Source of the DNA: an uncultured Nitrospinota bacterium
GTDB taxonomy: Bacteria > Tectomicrobia > Entotheonellia > J063 > CAVPRW01
DNA length: 64,000 nucleotides
NCBI GenBank assembly: GCA_963707985.1
Contig: CAVPRW010000031.1
Coordinates: forward strand, 320,001 to 384,000
Reading direction: 5' to 3'
This document shows positions 52,341 through 63,142 of this stretch, one piece after another. How positions within the stretch are numbered: the first letter of the stretch is position 1; each line of letters starts with the position of its first letter. The notes under the pieces were generated by a model. That model saw only the letters and a list, made by a program, of their open reading frames with translations, had not been told where the DNA came from and ran no database searches. Made by a program: the position numbers and the translations under genes.

Positions 52341-53348
52341 ATGACGGCAAATGGAGCACGAGGCGTGTTGGTGGTGGCAGAGCTCAGTGATGGCAGGCTC
52401 GCTGGCATGGCGCAAGAGCTTCTGGGTGCCGGGCGCCGCCTTGCCGATGCGCTGGGAGAAGAGTTGGTAGCTGCTGTGCTGGGTAGCCAGGTCGGTGACA
52501 GCGGTGCCGAAGCCATCGCCTATGGTGCGGATAAGGCCTACGTGATCGACGATCTACTCCTGGCCAGCCCGCAGCCTGACGCCTATGCCGCGGCGCTAGA
52601 ACATCTCTGTCGGGATATACAGCCAAACATTCTTCTGTTAGGGAAAACCTCGCTGGGGATCGAGGTGGGGCCGCGGTTGGCGTTCCGGTTGCACACAGCG
52701 CTCGGCTCGGATTGTACTGATCTGCGTATCGATACCGACAGCAAACGGCTGATCATGACGCGTCCGGTCTTCGGGGGCAACGCCATGCTGGAGATGGCTT
52801 GTGCCGATTGCTTCCCCCAAATGGCCAGTGTCCGTGGCAAAACGCAAGAGCCGCTGCCCCGTGACGAGACTCGCCAAGGGGAAGTCGTGAATCGCCCATC
52901 CGGTATCGATGCGGCAGTCGTGCGAGCTAAGTTCATCAGTCGGAACAAAAAAGCGGTGGAAGGCATCACACTGACCGGCGCGCCGATCGTCATCTCCGGC
53001 GGTCGAGGCCTGAAGGGTGCAGAAAATTTCAAGTACCTCAAAGAGCTCGGCGACCTCCTCGGGGCCGCGGTTGGAGCCTCGAAGGCCGCCGTTGACGAAG
53101 GTTGGGTGCCCTCGGAGCTGCAAGTGGGGTTAACAGGGGTCACGGTGACACCTAATCTCTACATCGCGGTGGGGATTTCTGGCGCGGCGCAGCATATCGC
53201 TGGCATGGGATACTCGAAAAATATTGTCGCCATCAATAGAGACCCGGATGCCGCGATCTTTCAGCGAGCGCACTTCGGCGTCGTAGGCGATTGGCAGAAG
53301 GTCGTTCCAGCCTTTACACGCAAATGTAAAGAGCTTCTGGAAAAATAG
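52341..53348 (+). CDS. etfA: Electron transfer flavoprotein alpha subunit
   Basis: RPVFGGN, SGGRG, QVGLTG, LYIAVGISGAAQH, AINRDPDA. Confidence 0.95.
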   Translation: MTANGARGVLVVAELSDGRLAGMAQELLGAGRRLADALGEELVAAVLGSQVGDSGAEAIAYGADKAYVIDDLLLASPQPDAYAAALEHLCRDIQPNILLLGKTSLGIEVGPRLAFRLHTALGSDCTDLRIDTDSKRLIMTRPVFGGNAMLEMACADCFPQMASVRGKTQEPLPRDETRQGEVVNRPSGIDAAVVRAKFISRNKKAVEGITLTGAPIVISGGRGLKGAENFKYLKELGDLLGAAVGASKAAVDEGWVPSELQVGLTGVTVTPNLYIAVGISGAAQHIAGMGYSKNIVAINRDPDAAIFQRAHFGVVGDWQKVVPAFTRKCKELLEK

Positions 53349-53393
53349 ACGTCCAGCGGGGCGTCACCCTTTTCGCTAGCAAGGGTCGTAGCG

Positions 53394-54882
53394 ATGACGT
53401 ATGGAACACTATGGCGGCGGGCCGCGTTATTAGCGGTGTTTGCATTACTGGTGGGGTGTTTGAGTTGTGGGATCACGGCGACTGGCCACCCCCGCGACCT
53501 GGACGCCAGCCGGCCTGAAGTCTTTGTCGAGGTAACGCGCGTCGTCGAAAGTTCCTATTGGGATGCGAGCAAACTCGAGCCTCAAGGTTTATTCAAAGGG
53601 GTTGTCGATGGTGTCGACGAGGATGTTCGACGCCTGGGGGGAAGCTATTGCCTATAAGGGCCAGCAGGTACTCGTCTCCCTGAACGGTCAAACCAAGGCC
53701 GTCGATCTGTCCGCCATAGATTCCCTGGCTGAGCTGGTGCATGCATTCAGCAGCATTCAGGTGTTTCTCACCCAGCAGCAACGTTCGAATGGACATCCGA
53801 CCAACTGGGAACATCGGGCGGTCGAGGGCATGGTCAAGTCCCTTGATGGGAACTCGGCTTTCATGCCGCCGCATGAGTTCCGTGAGATGCAAGAGGAAAC
53901 GCGTGGGAGCTTCGGAGGGATCGGCATACGCATCGGTGTCGAAGACGGCCAAGTGGTGATTGTCGAGCCCATGGAGGGAACTCCGGCATCCAAAGCTGGC
54001 CTCAAGCAGGGTGATCGGATCATGAAGATTGATGGCCAACCCACACAAGGGCTGACACTGCAGGAGGCAGTCCGTCGTATGCGTGGGCCGGTGGGAAGCC
54101 ACATGGTGTTGGGCATCGTCCGCCGCGGTGGCGTGGAGCCCGAGGATGTCTCTCTGACGCGCGCCAAAATTGAGCTCAAGACTGTGGAAGGCCAGATGCT
54201 CGATGGGCGCATTGGCTATGTCAAAGTCCGTGGCTTCCATGAGACGACCCTGCTGGAGATGGAGAAGACGTTAAACCGCTTGACCCAGCAAAAAATGGAA
54301 GGATTGGTCCTGGATTTGCGGAATAATCCCGGTGGCCTCTTGAGTCAATCGGTCAAAGTCTGCAACCTCTTTGTTGATGAAGGGCTGATAGTGGTCTCGA
54401 CCGAGGGCCGGGTGCGCAATCAAAACTCGCGGTTCATGGCTAATGGGGGTGGCCAATATCGGCAATATCCCTTGATTGTGCTGATCAATGCCGGTAGTGC
54501 CAGCGGCTCGGAAATCGTCGCTGGGGCACTACAAGATTTACAGAAGGCGACCATTATCGGCACCAAGAGCTATGGGAAAGGGTCGGTTCAGACCATTTTC
54601 CCGCTCCAGGATGGCTCCGGACTGCGCCTGACGACCGCCCACTATTTTACGCCCAGTGGACGGAATATCGATCATGTCGGGATCATCCCCGATATCGAGC
54701 TCTCGAACGAAGGGAAAGAAGATCGCCAGTTGGACATGGCCCATGCCATCATGAAGGAGGCTCTGGCCATGACGAATCGACGCAAACAGCAACAGCAGCG
54801 TGGGGCAGGGCCGATCGATAACGTCATGATGAAAGAATTGGGACGTGGCATGCTCGCCGCTCCTCCCACTCCGTCGCCGTAA
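53394..54882 (+). CDS. ctpA: S41 carboxyl-terminal processing protease (frameshift at the G-run near 53640)
   Basis: Signal/lipoprotein-like N-terminus; PDZ GGIGI; DLRNNPGG, SASGSEIVAG, GKGSVQ. Confidence 0.9.
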
Positions 54883-54991
54883 CTTCCTTCCCGCATGTGC
54901 TGCACGCTATGCTCTCCGGCGTGTGCCTCAGACGCAATTCATTCATAGATCCTGGCCGAGGGGAGGACAGCTCCTCGAAGGGAAACTCGAT

Positions 54992-56111
54992 ATGGCACCA
55001 CAAGCAGCCCTCAGCCTGAAGCGGACACCGCTCTATGAGCTGCACTGCGAAGCGGGCGCGAAATTCGTTGACTTCGGCGGTTGGGAAATGCCTGTACAAT
55101 ATGCGGGCATTATCGAGGAGCATCGAGCCGTGCGCACCTCGGTCGGTCTCTTCGACGTCAGCCACATGGGAGAGATCGAGATCAGGGGCCCACAGGCGCT
55201 GGAGGTGGTGCAGCGGCTCACCACCAATGATGCATCGAAGCTCGAAGTCTATCAGGTGCAATACTCGACTCTCTGTCATCCACACGGGGGGATCGTCGAT
55301 GACCTCACCGTCTATCGCCTAGGCCTGGAGCATTTTCTCCTATGCGTCAACGCTGCCAACATCGACAAAGACTTCGCCTGGATCATCGAACAGGCGCACG
55401 GCGACGCAGACATCGCCAACACCAGTGCACAGATCGCCCAACTGGCGCTGCAGGGCCGTCAGGCCCAGGCAACGCTGCAGTCCTTATGCGATATCGCGCT
55501 TGACGACGTGCGCTATTATTGGTCGGCTAAGGGACGCGTGAGAGGGGTTGAAACCCTGATCTCGCGTACGGGATATACCGGCGAGGACGGCTTTGAGATG
55601 TATTGTTCCGCTTCGGAAGGGCCAGCACTCTGGCGTGCGCTGATGGAGGCCGGTGCACCGTACCAGATCAAACCTATCGGCCTGGGCGCCCGCGATACCT
55701 TGCGCCTCGAAATGGGCTATGCGCTCTATGGCAATGACATTACGGACGACACCACCCCCTTGCAAGCGGGCCTCGGCTGGATCGTCAAACTCAGCAAGGG
55801 GGATTTCGTCGGCCGCGAGGCTCTGGCCAAAGAACGAGGCGAGGGGATCAAGCGCCGGCTCGTCGGCCTCGAGATGATCGATCGGGGCGTGGCGCGGGCG
55901 CATTACCACATCATGGCTGATGGCGGAAGTCGTGGGGGAGGTGACCAGCGGCACGGTGTCCCCAACCTTGAACAAAAGCGTCGGGCTGGGGTATGTACGG
56001 ACCGAGTGTGCGAAGGTCGGCACACCAGTGCAGGTCGACATCCGCGGCAAGCCGGCCCAGGCTCGGGTGGCCGCCACGCCATTTTATCCGTCGCAGGTGC
56101 GCAAGGCATAA
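54992..56111 (+). CDS. gcvT: Glycine cleavage T protein (frameshift near 55925)
   Basis: FGGWEMPVQY, FDVSHMG, SRTGYTGEDG, GARDTLRLE; GEVTSG is in a second frame. Confidence 0.95.
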
Positions 56112-56129
56112 GGGAGAGAGTGAGGGCTT

Positions 56130-56522
56130 ATGGAGTTCCCAGCGGGATTGCGGTATACGAAAGAGCATGAGTGGATCAGGGTCGAGGGCGACCAGGCCTA
56201 TGTCGGCATCACCGACTATGCCCAGCAGGAGCTGGGGGATGTAGTCTATGTCGAACTGCCGGACGCCGGCGGCGACATACGCTACATGGAGCCCTTCGGG
56301 GTGGTGGAATCGGTTAAGGCCGTCTCTGACCTCTTCTCACCAGTGACCGGTGCGGTCCAACAGGTGAACGAAGAGCTGTTCAATCGGCCTGAGCTGGTGA
56401 ACAGCGACCCGTATGGCCAGGGCTGGATGCTCTTGGTGCAGATTGGCGATCCCGCCCAGCTTGAGACGCTGATGACGGCAGAGCAGTATCAGGCCTACCT
56501 GCGCCAGGTGAGGGAGGGATGA
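56130..56522 (+). CDS. gcvH: Glycine cleavage H protein
   Basis: HEW, GITDYAQ, VESVKA lipoyl-Lys. Confidence 0.97.
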   Translation: MEFPAGLRYTKEHEWIRVEGDQAYVGITDYAQQELGDVVYVELPDAGGDIRYMEPFGVVESVKAVSDLFSPVTGAVQQVNEELFNRPELVNSDPYGQGWMLLVQIGDPAQLETLMTAEQYQAYLRQVREG

Positions 56523-57877
56523 TGCGCTATATCCCCAACACCGATGCCGATCGCCAGGTCATGCTGGAAGCGATGGGGCTGCCCACGGTCGAAGACCTTT
56601 TCAGCGGCATCCCCCATGGTCTCCGCTTCACGGGTCCGCTCAATATCCCCAGGGCGTTTGCGGAGCAAGAAGTGCTACGGCATATGCGGACGTTGGCTGG
56701 TCAGAATGCCGACGTCGAGGACTATGCCGCATTCCTGGGGGCGGGTGCGTATCACCATTTTATCCCAAGCATCGTCCCCGTGCTCACCTCACGTGGCGAG
56801 TTCATGACCGCCTATACGCCGTATCAGCCGGAAATGGCACAGGGGACTTTGCAAGCACTGTATGAATACCAAACGCTGATCTGCCAGCTCACCGATATGG
56901 AGGTTGCCAACGCCTCGCTGTATGATGCCTCTACGGGTGTGGCGGAAGCGGTCCTAATGGCTCGGCGTGTGACCCAGCGCGATGAGGCTCTGGTGTCTGG
57001 AGCCGTACACCCCGAGTATCGCGCCGTTCTGCGCACGTATTTGCAAAACCTCGGTATGCAAGTGCAGGAGGTCGCCATAGATCAGACAGGACAGACGCCG
57101 CTGGCGCATGTACAGGCAATGCTGTCCCCACGCGTGGCTTGTGTGGTCGTCCAGAGCCCCAATTTTTTCGGGGTGATCGAGGATTTGACGGGCTTTGCGG
57201 AAGCCCTTCATCACGACAAAGCGCTACTGGTCCAAGCCGTGGCCGAGCCCGTGTCGCTCGGCTTGCTCAAGCCTCCTGGTGCTTGGGGTGCCGATATCGT
57301 CGTCGGTGAGGGGCAGTCATTCGGCAATGCCCTCAGCTATGGCGGGCCTTACCTGGGCTTCTTTGCCACAAGAGATCAATTTGTCCGGCAGATGCCGGGG
57401 CGATTGGCTGGCGAGACGGTTGATACCGAGGGACGCCGTGGTTATGTCCTGACGCTTTCGACGCGAGAACAGCACATTCGCCGGGAAAAAGCCACCTCGA
57501 ACATCTGTACCAACGAAGGCTTATGTGCGCTGGCGGCGACGATTCATCTCTGCACCCTGGGGAAGGTCGGCCTCCGTCGACTCGCCGAGCTCAATCTGCA
57601 GCGCGCCACGTATGCGCGGCGACAGCTCGCTGCCATCCCAGGTTGCCGTGTGCCCTTCACCGGGCCAACGTTCAATGAATTTGTGCTGGAAACCCCCATA
57701 CCCGCTGCCCATCTCATTCGCCAGTTGAGCGCACAGCGCCTGATCCCCGGCATCGACCTGGGGCGATTTTATCCGGAGCGTTCCCATCAGCTCCTGATGT
57801 GTGTCACCGAGATGAATTCCCGGGATGATATCGACCGGCTGTGCTCGGCGCTCTCAGCCGCGCTGCAAGCATTGTAG
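56522..57877 (+). CDS. gcvPA: Glycine dehydrogenase subunit 1
   Basis: YTPYQPE, REQHIRREKATSNICTN. Confidence 0.97.
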   Translation: MRYIPNTDADRQVMLEAMGLPTVEDLFSGIPHGLRFTGPLNIPRAFAEQEVLRHMRTLAGQNADVEDYAAFLGAGAYHHFIPSIVPVLTSRGEFMTAYTPYQPEMAQGTLQALYEYQTLICQLTDMEVANASLYDASTGVAEAVLMARRVTQRDEALVSGAVHPEYRAVLRTYLQNLGMQVQEVAIDQTGQTPLAHVQAMLSPRVACVVVQSPNFFGVIEDLTGFAEALHHDKALLVQAVAEPVSLGLLKPPGAWGADIVVGEGQSFGNALSYGGPYLGFFATRDQFVRQMPGRLAGETVDTEGRRGYVLTLSTREQHIRREKATSNICTNEGLCALAATIHLCTLGKVGLRRLAELNLQRATYARRQLAAIPGCRVPFTGPTFNEFVLETPIPAAHLIRQLSAQRLIPGIDLGRFYPERSHQLLMCVTEMNSRDDIDRLCSALSAALQAL

Positions 57878-57897
57878 GTCGGCGCGGAAGGATAATC

Positions 57898-59403
57898 ATG
57901 GAGAACAAGCAGTCAGATGCTATGCAGGGGATTCAGGGACTGGTGTACCGGGAGGATCTTATCTTCGAGCAATCGGCTGCCGGGCGGGAAGGTTATTCCT
58001 TACCGGAGGCAGAAGTGCCGGAGGTCCCTGTAGACACTGCCATCCCAGCCCATCTGTTGCGGGATGAGATCGCCGGTTTCCCCGAGGTTGCAGAGCTCGA
58101 TGTCCTGCGGCATTTCACGCGGTTATCGCAGTGGAACTATGCCATCGATCTGGGGACATTTCCACTCGGGTCGTGTACGATGAAGTACAACCCGCGCGTG
58201 AACGAAGAGGTGGCCAGGATTCCCGGCTTCTCCCGCATCCATCCCTATGAGCCCGAGGAGTTGGTGCAGGGGGCGTTGCAGCTGATGTACGAGTTGGAGC
58301 GCTACCTGGCAGAGATCAGCGGCATGGACCGCGTCACTCTGCAACCGGCGGCTGGTGCCCATGGGGAGTTGACCGGCCTCTTGATGATCCGCGCCTACCA
58401 TGCCTCCAAGGGCAACCCGCGACGTAAAGTCATCCTGCCTGACTCAGCACATGGGACCAATCCCGCCAGCTCTGCTCTTTGTGGCTATCAGGTCGTCGAG
58501 CTCAAGTCGAGTAAGGAAGGGGTCGTTGACCCGCAAGCCGTTGCTGAGGTGATGGACGAGGATGTCGCTGCCCTCATGACCACGAATCCCAATACCCTCG
58601 GAATCTTCGAAAAACACATTCAAACGGTGAGCGACATCGTGCATCGCAAGGGGGGGCTGGTGTATTGCGATGGGGCCAATCTGAATGCCCTCGTTGGCAT
58701 CGCTCGCCCGGGGGACATGGGTTTCGACGTCATCCAATTCAATCTGCACAAGACCTTCTCGACCCCTCATGGAGGGGGCGGTCCTGGCGCGGGGCCGGTG
58801 GGCGTCAAGGCGTCGCTCGTGCCATTTCTTCCGGTGCCAGTCGTCGAGCACGATGGCGATCAATATCGCCTCGATTACAACAGGCCGCAGAGTATCGGTA
58901 GGGTGCGGGCGTTTTACGGCAATTTCGGGATGCTGGTGCGCGCCTATACCTATATTCGCACACTCGGCCCCGATGGCTTGCGCCGCATGGCCGAGACCGC
59001 CGTCCTTAACGCCAATTACCTCCTGCATCGCATCAAAGACCATTACGAAGTGCCCTACCCCGAGCGGCCTATGCACGAGTGTGTGGTCTCCGATAAGCAT
59101 CAAGTGGAACACGGCGTCAAAGCTCTGGACATTGCCAAGCGGCTGATCGATTATGGCTATCACCCACCCACGATCTATTTTCCGCTCATCGTCAAGGGAG
59201 CGCTGATGCTCGAGCCCACCGAGAGTGAGAGCAAGGAGCGCATCGATTGCCTGGCGGAGGCCCTGATTCAGATCGCTCATGAGGCAGAAAAGGAGCCCGA
59301 GACGGTGCTGGGTGCTCCGACGAAGACGGTCGTCAGCCGCTTGAACGAGACCAAGGCCGCCCGAGAGCCCAACTACCGCTGGAAGGGCGCTGAGAGGCGC
59401 TGA
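57898..59403 (+). CDS. gcvPB: Glycine dehydrogenase subunit 2
   Basis: PLGSCTMKYNP, NLHKTFSTPHGGGGPG. Confidence 0.97.
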   Translation: MENKQSDAMQGIQGLVYREDLIFEQSAAGREGYSLPEAEVPEVPVDTAIPAHLLRDEIAGFPEVAELDVLRHFTRLSQWNYAIDLGTFPLGSCTMKYNPRVNEEVARIPGFSRIHPYEPEELVQGALQLMYELERYLAEISGMDRVTLQPAAGAHGELTGLLMIRAYHASKGNPRRKVILPDSAHGTNPASSALCGYQVVELKSSKEGVVDPQAVAEVMDEDVAALMTTNPNTLGIFEKHIQTVSDIVHRKGGLVYCDGANLNALVGIARPGDMGFDVIQFNLHKTFSTPHGGGGPGAGPVGVKASLVPFLPVPVVEHDGDQYRLDYNRPQSIGRVRAFYGNFGMLVRAYTYIRTLGPDGLRRMAETAVLNANYLLHRIKDHYEVPYPERPMHECVVSDKHQVEHGVKALDIAKRLIDYGYHPPTIYFPLIVKGALMLEPTESESKERIDCLAEALIQIAHEAEKEPETVLGAPTKTVVSRLNETKAAREPNYRWKGAERR

Positions 59404-60245
59404 TGCCTGGTCAGCCTCGTCCGCAATGGCGCTTGCTCGATACCGGACCCGCTGACGGTTTTACCAACATGGCGGTGGATGAGGCGTTGTTGGAGGTCTT
59501 TGCTACTGAGGGTAATCCCACCACCGTGCGCTTTTATGGGTGGTCACCACCAGCCCTTTCACTGGGCTATGCCCAATCTCTTGAGCGTGAGATCGATCTG
59601 CGGCAGTGTTCATCCCTCGGCATCGATGTCGTGCGCCGGCCTACCGGCGGACGAGCTGTGCTGCACGACCACGAGGTGACCTACAGTGTGGTCATCGGTG
59701 GCGATGACCCTCGAGTCAGCTCCGGGGTGTTGGCAGCTTATCTGACGATCAGTCAAGCCATGATTCGGGGTCTTTCATACCTTGGGATCAGCGCCGAGCT
59801 CCTACCGCTTCGTCGTGGTATTCCCCTACCCTCTGATACGGCATCCCCGGTGTGTTTCGCCACGCCGTCGAGCTACGAAGTCGCTGTGGGGGGACGCAAA
59901 ATCATCGGCAGCGCTCAGCGACGTGCACACAACGTGATCATGCAGCATGGCAGCATCCCACTGTCGATGAACATCGAGAGACTGCGGACCGTATTTGGCC
60001 GGTCATCACTGGAGAATGGGTTACCTCAAGGCAAGCCTGACTCTCCCCTACCCATGACGTCCTTGCAGGAGGCCGGCGGACGAGCATACGACTACGCGGA
60101 GGTGGTGGCTGCTCTCACACAGGGGATAGCGGAGACCTGGCAGGTCGATATAGTTCCAGGCCAGCTGACTGCAGCTGAAAGACAACTCAGCGCTCACCTA
60201 CGTACGACGAAATATCACTCAGACGTCTGGACCTGGCGTTATTAG
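59403..60245 (+). CDS. Lipoate-protein ligase A family / LipM-like octanoyltransferase
   Basis: NMAVDEAL, VRRPTGGRAVLH, KIIGSAQ, QHGSI; follows the gcv operon. Confidence 0.9.
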   Translation: MPGQPRPQWRLLDTGPADGFTNMAVDEALLEVFATEGNPTTVRFYGWSPPALSLGYAQSLEREIDLRQCSSLGIDVVRRPTGGRAVLHDHEVTYSVVIGGDDPRVSSGVLAAYLTISQAMIRGLSYLGISAELLPLRRGIPLPSDTASPVCFATPSSYEVAVGGRKIIGSAQRRAHNVIMQHGSIPLSMNIERLRTVFGRSSLENGLPQGKPDSPLPMTSLQEAGGRAYDYAEVVAALTQGIAETWQVDIVPGQLTAAERQLSAHLRTTKYHSDVWTWRY

Positions 60246-60280
60246 TCGCCTCCAGTTGGCTGAACGCCCCCCACCGCACC

Positions 60281-61264
60281 TCACAGCCCTCCTCCCCAAC
60301 GGAATTGCCAGGCCATCCCGACCGTATCGAAATCGCTGCCGGTGCGGGTGGACACGCCGTGACTGGCGTAGAGCTTGATCGAATGGTGCCGGCTCACCGG
60401 CAGCGCCACGGTGGCGCCCACGCGCGTGTTCCCCTGCCGATCGTCGCCCTTCACGCCATCGACGGTGGTCCGTCCGCCCATGTAGTAGGTGCCGTCCAGC
60501 GCGGCCCAGATCCCGTGGCCGAAGCTGTAGATGACGTGTCCCTGCACCGAGTAGATGGGATCCTGCGTGCGGGTTTTGTCACCGAGAAAGTCGTCATTGT
60601 CGGTATAGAAGGTCACACCGTTGAGGAGCTCCAACGTCAGCTTGCCGAACGCCTTCGACACCCCGAGCTCCGGTTTGACCGACCAGCGATGGGTGCCAAC
60701 GTTCACCAGCTTGTCCGCCTCGTACTGGCCCAAGGGCACCGACACCTGCAGGCTGGCGCCGATGATCAGGTCCTGCTCGTAGTCGGCGAATTCCTTGAGC
60801 GAGAGCGCCGGAGCGCCATAGAAGTTGAGGGAGAAGCGCACCCTGGGGTCGCCCAGTCCGGACACATCCCGCTCTCTCGGCTCCCCTGCAAACGTCGCCG
60901 ATCCCGAGATCCGGGCCACGGGCAGCACCACGTCGACCTTTGCTGACTGACCCAACACTCCAAGGGCACGGGCGTAGGCCAACACACCGCCGTGGACCTG
61001 GATGGCCGCATCGTTCAACGGCACGGAGGGATCGGTGGCCACGCCGCCTCGCGAGTAGGTATAGCCGGCGATCAGGAAGTTCAGCCCGACCGGCGTGTTG
61101 GCGTAGGCTCTCGGCTCGAGATCTTGCGCACGAGCGTGCGGGCTCATGACCGCGAGCATGGCGCCGACGAGCAGCGGGACGAGCCATCTCGGTGGCGTAT
61201 ATGAGGGTCGTCCCATCCGTCCTGAACCCTCCGGTGGCCCCTGGTTGTTCACGGGTGGGGCCAT
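60281..61264 (-). CDS. Outer-membrane beta-barrel protein (MetA-pathway phenol-degradation family)
   Basis: Signal peptide, AQDLEPRAY, GLGDP, PLGQY, C-terminal WQFRW; the true start may be internal. Confidence 0.75.
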   Translation of the reverse strand: MAPPVNNQGPPEGSGRMGRPSYTPPRWLVPLLVGAMLAVMSPHARAQDLEPRAYANTPVGLNFLIAGYTYSRGGVATDPSVPLNDAAIQVHGGVLAYARALGVLGQSAKVDVVLPVARISGSATFAGEPRERDVSGLGDPRVRFSLNFYGAPALSLKEFADYEQDLIIGASLQVSVPLGQYEADKLVNVGTHRWSVKPELGVSKAFGKLTLELLNGVTFYTDNDDFLGDKTRTQDPIYSVQGHVIYSFGHGIWAALDGTYYMGGRTTVDGVKGDDRQGNTRVGATVALPVSRHHSIKLYASHGVSTRTGSDFDTVGMAWQFRWGGGL

Positions 61265-61391
61265 GTGCGGCGTGCGCGTACCGTGTAGGGCTCTTCACGG
61301 GCACGTGGATCGGCTGCCCCTTCACCGGCGTCCGCCGCGATGGCGCCACCCACCGCAGCTTTATGAGGGCTGGTGAGCGCGGCCGCCGGCC

Positions 61392-62850
61392 TCACGGCGT
61401 CGCCCCGCTCGCCACGCGGCCCTGTAAGAATTCGGTGATCTCCTGCTGGTGCTGCGCCACCACCTTGGCGGCCGCGACCTGCAGCAATTGGCGGTCGCAC
61501 GCCGACGCCAGCCAAAAGCGCGTCGAGATCTCGGCGAGGCGCTCCGCCACCGCCGTCGGGGACGCCAGCGGCGGGTCCTCCTGCCGGCACGCCTCGGGGA
61601 GGTCGCGGAGGTCGGGCTGCCACTGGGCATCGGTGTGGCGCAGGGGCACCACGCGGATGGTCTGGTCGTCGGGGATCACGCCTTCGAACTGCAGGGTGCG
61701 GAAGAACAGGGCCTGGTAGGTGCTGGCGCGCTGCTCCATGATGCCGGGGATGCGGGTGTAGTCATAGTTCCACAGGCTGAAGGGTTCCGCGCGGCGGGTG
61801 AGGCGCCGCTCCCCCACCGCGAAGGGAAACGAACTGTCGAAGGCGAGGATGAGCGCGCGCCGGGCCCGGTGCTCCTGGAGCTGCTTAAGGAAGATGAAGA
61901 GCAGGGACTCCACCCCCTGGTTCTCATAGAGCCCGCCGTCCCCCATATGGAAGTAGAGGTCCGTGTCGCCGACCCGGAAGGTGACGGGCCCGACCAAGGG
62001 GGGAAAGGACGCCGACGCCGCCACCGCCCCGGCTAAGCGGCTGGGGCAGAGGTCGATGCCGAGCTCCAGCGGCGTGAGGGTGAGGAGTTTCTCCCAGCGC
62101 TGCAGGAAGGCCGGCGGGAACTCGGCGGTCAGATCCCGCCGGGCCAGGGAGGCGCGCAGGGCCGCATAGAAGTCGTAGTGGGAGGCGTCGGGCGGCAGGG
62201 TGGTAAGCGCCAAGCGCCGGCCGCTGTTGTACAGCGTGGTGTTGATGATCAGCTCGCGGGCTGTCGCCGCGCGCCTCCCGCTGGGCCAGGTCGGCGAACG
62301 TGGTGGGGCCCAGCAGGTGCTGGGCCATGACCTCGGCGAGGGAGCGGGCCGCCAGCGACGAGTTGAGCCAGCGAAAGGACAGCAGTTGGCGCCAGAGGAG
62401 GGCGCTCTCGAAGTCCTGGCTCAGTTTCGCCTGATACTCGGCGAAGAACGTCTCATACTCGGCCGTCAACGCCCCCGCTGGCGTCAGGACCGGGGTCTCG
62501 CGGGGCGGCTTCTGGCTGGCGTAGGCGGTGGCCGCCACGCTGCCCCCGGAGACGCTCGACAGGTAGGTCACCTGCTCCAGGACCGCGCCCCCGCCGGGGG
62601 CCGGCAGCCGTCCGAGCGCCTCCAGGCCGGCGGCCCCGAAGAGGGCGGCGCGGCTGCCGCCGCCCGAGAGGGCCACGCCGACGAGGACCTCGTGGTCTGG
62701 AGCCGGCGTGACGCAGGCGCTGTCGGGGCCCGCCGGCGGGACGCGGACGGCGACGGCCGAGGCGCAGCCCGTCAGGATGACTGCGCACAACAGCACGACG
62801 CCGGCCCTCGGCCAGGGGGACCCTCCTATCATCGTTCGACTTCGCAGCAT
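61392..62850 (-). CDS. Patatin-like phospholipase lipoprotein (frameshift near 62255)
   Basis: Lipobox ILTGC; ALSGGGSRA; SSVSGGS; ASASFP; DGG. Confidence 0.85.
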
Positions 62851-63142
62851 GTTCTCCTCCTTGTCCATCGTGTCCACCGAAGCCTCCGCGCTCCCCGTTG
62901 CTGTGTCCCGCGCCCGCGGGTCACTCCGGGAAGGTGTACACTCAGTTCCCGTCATTCGTGATGTTCGCCACGATCCAGCCGTGCCTCTGGGGCGCATCTA
63001 ACGAGGCGTGGTCCTGCGCCGCATAGGAGGCCCTGGTCTGCGTAGCCCGCTTCAGCCATGAGAATCGCCTGTAGACCCGGAGCCCCCCGATGAATGCCCA
63101 GATCAACCTTCAACTGGACGTGGGCGGCCTGACGCCGGGCCA

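Noticed and set aside
54883..54991. Glycine riboswitch upstream of gcvT
   Set aside because: Region is short and lacks the GGAGA...CCGAAG...CTCTCAGG motifs.
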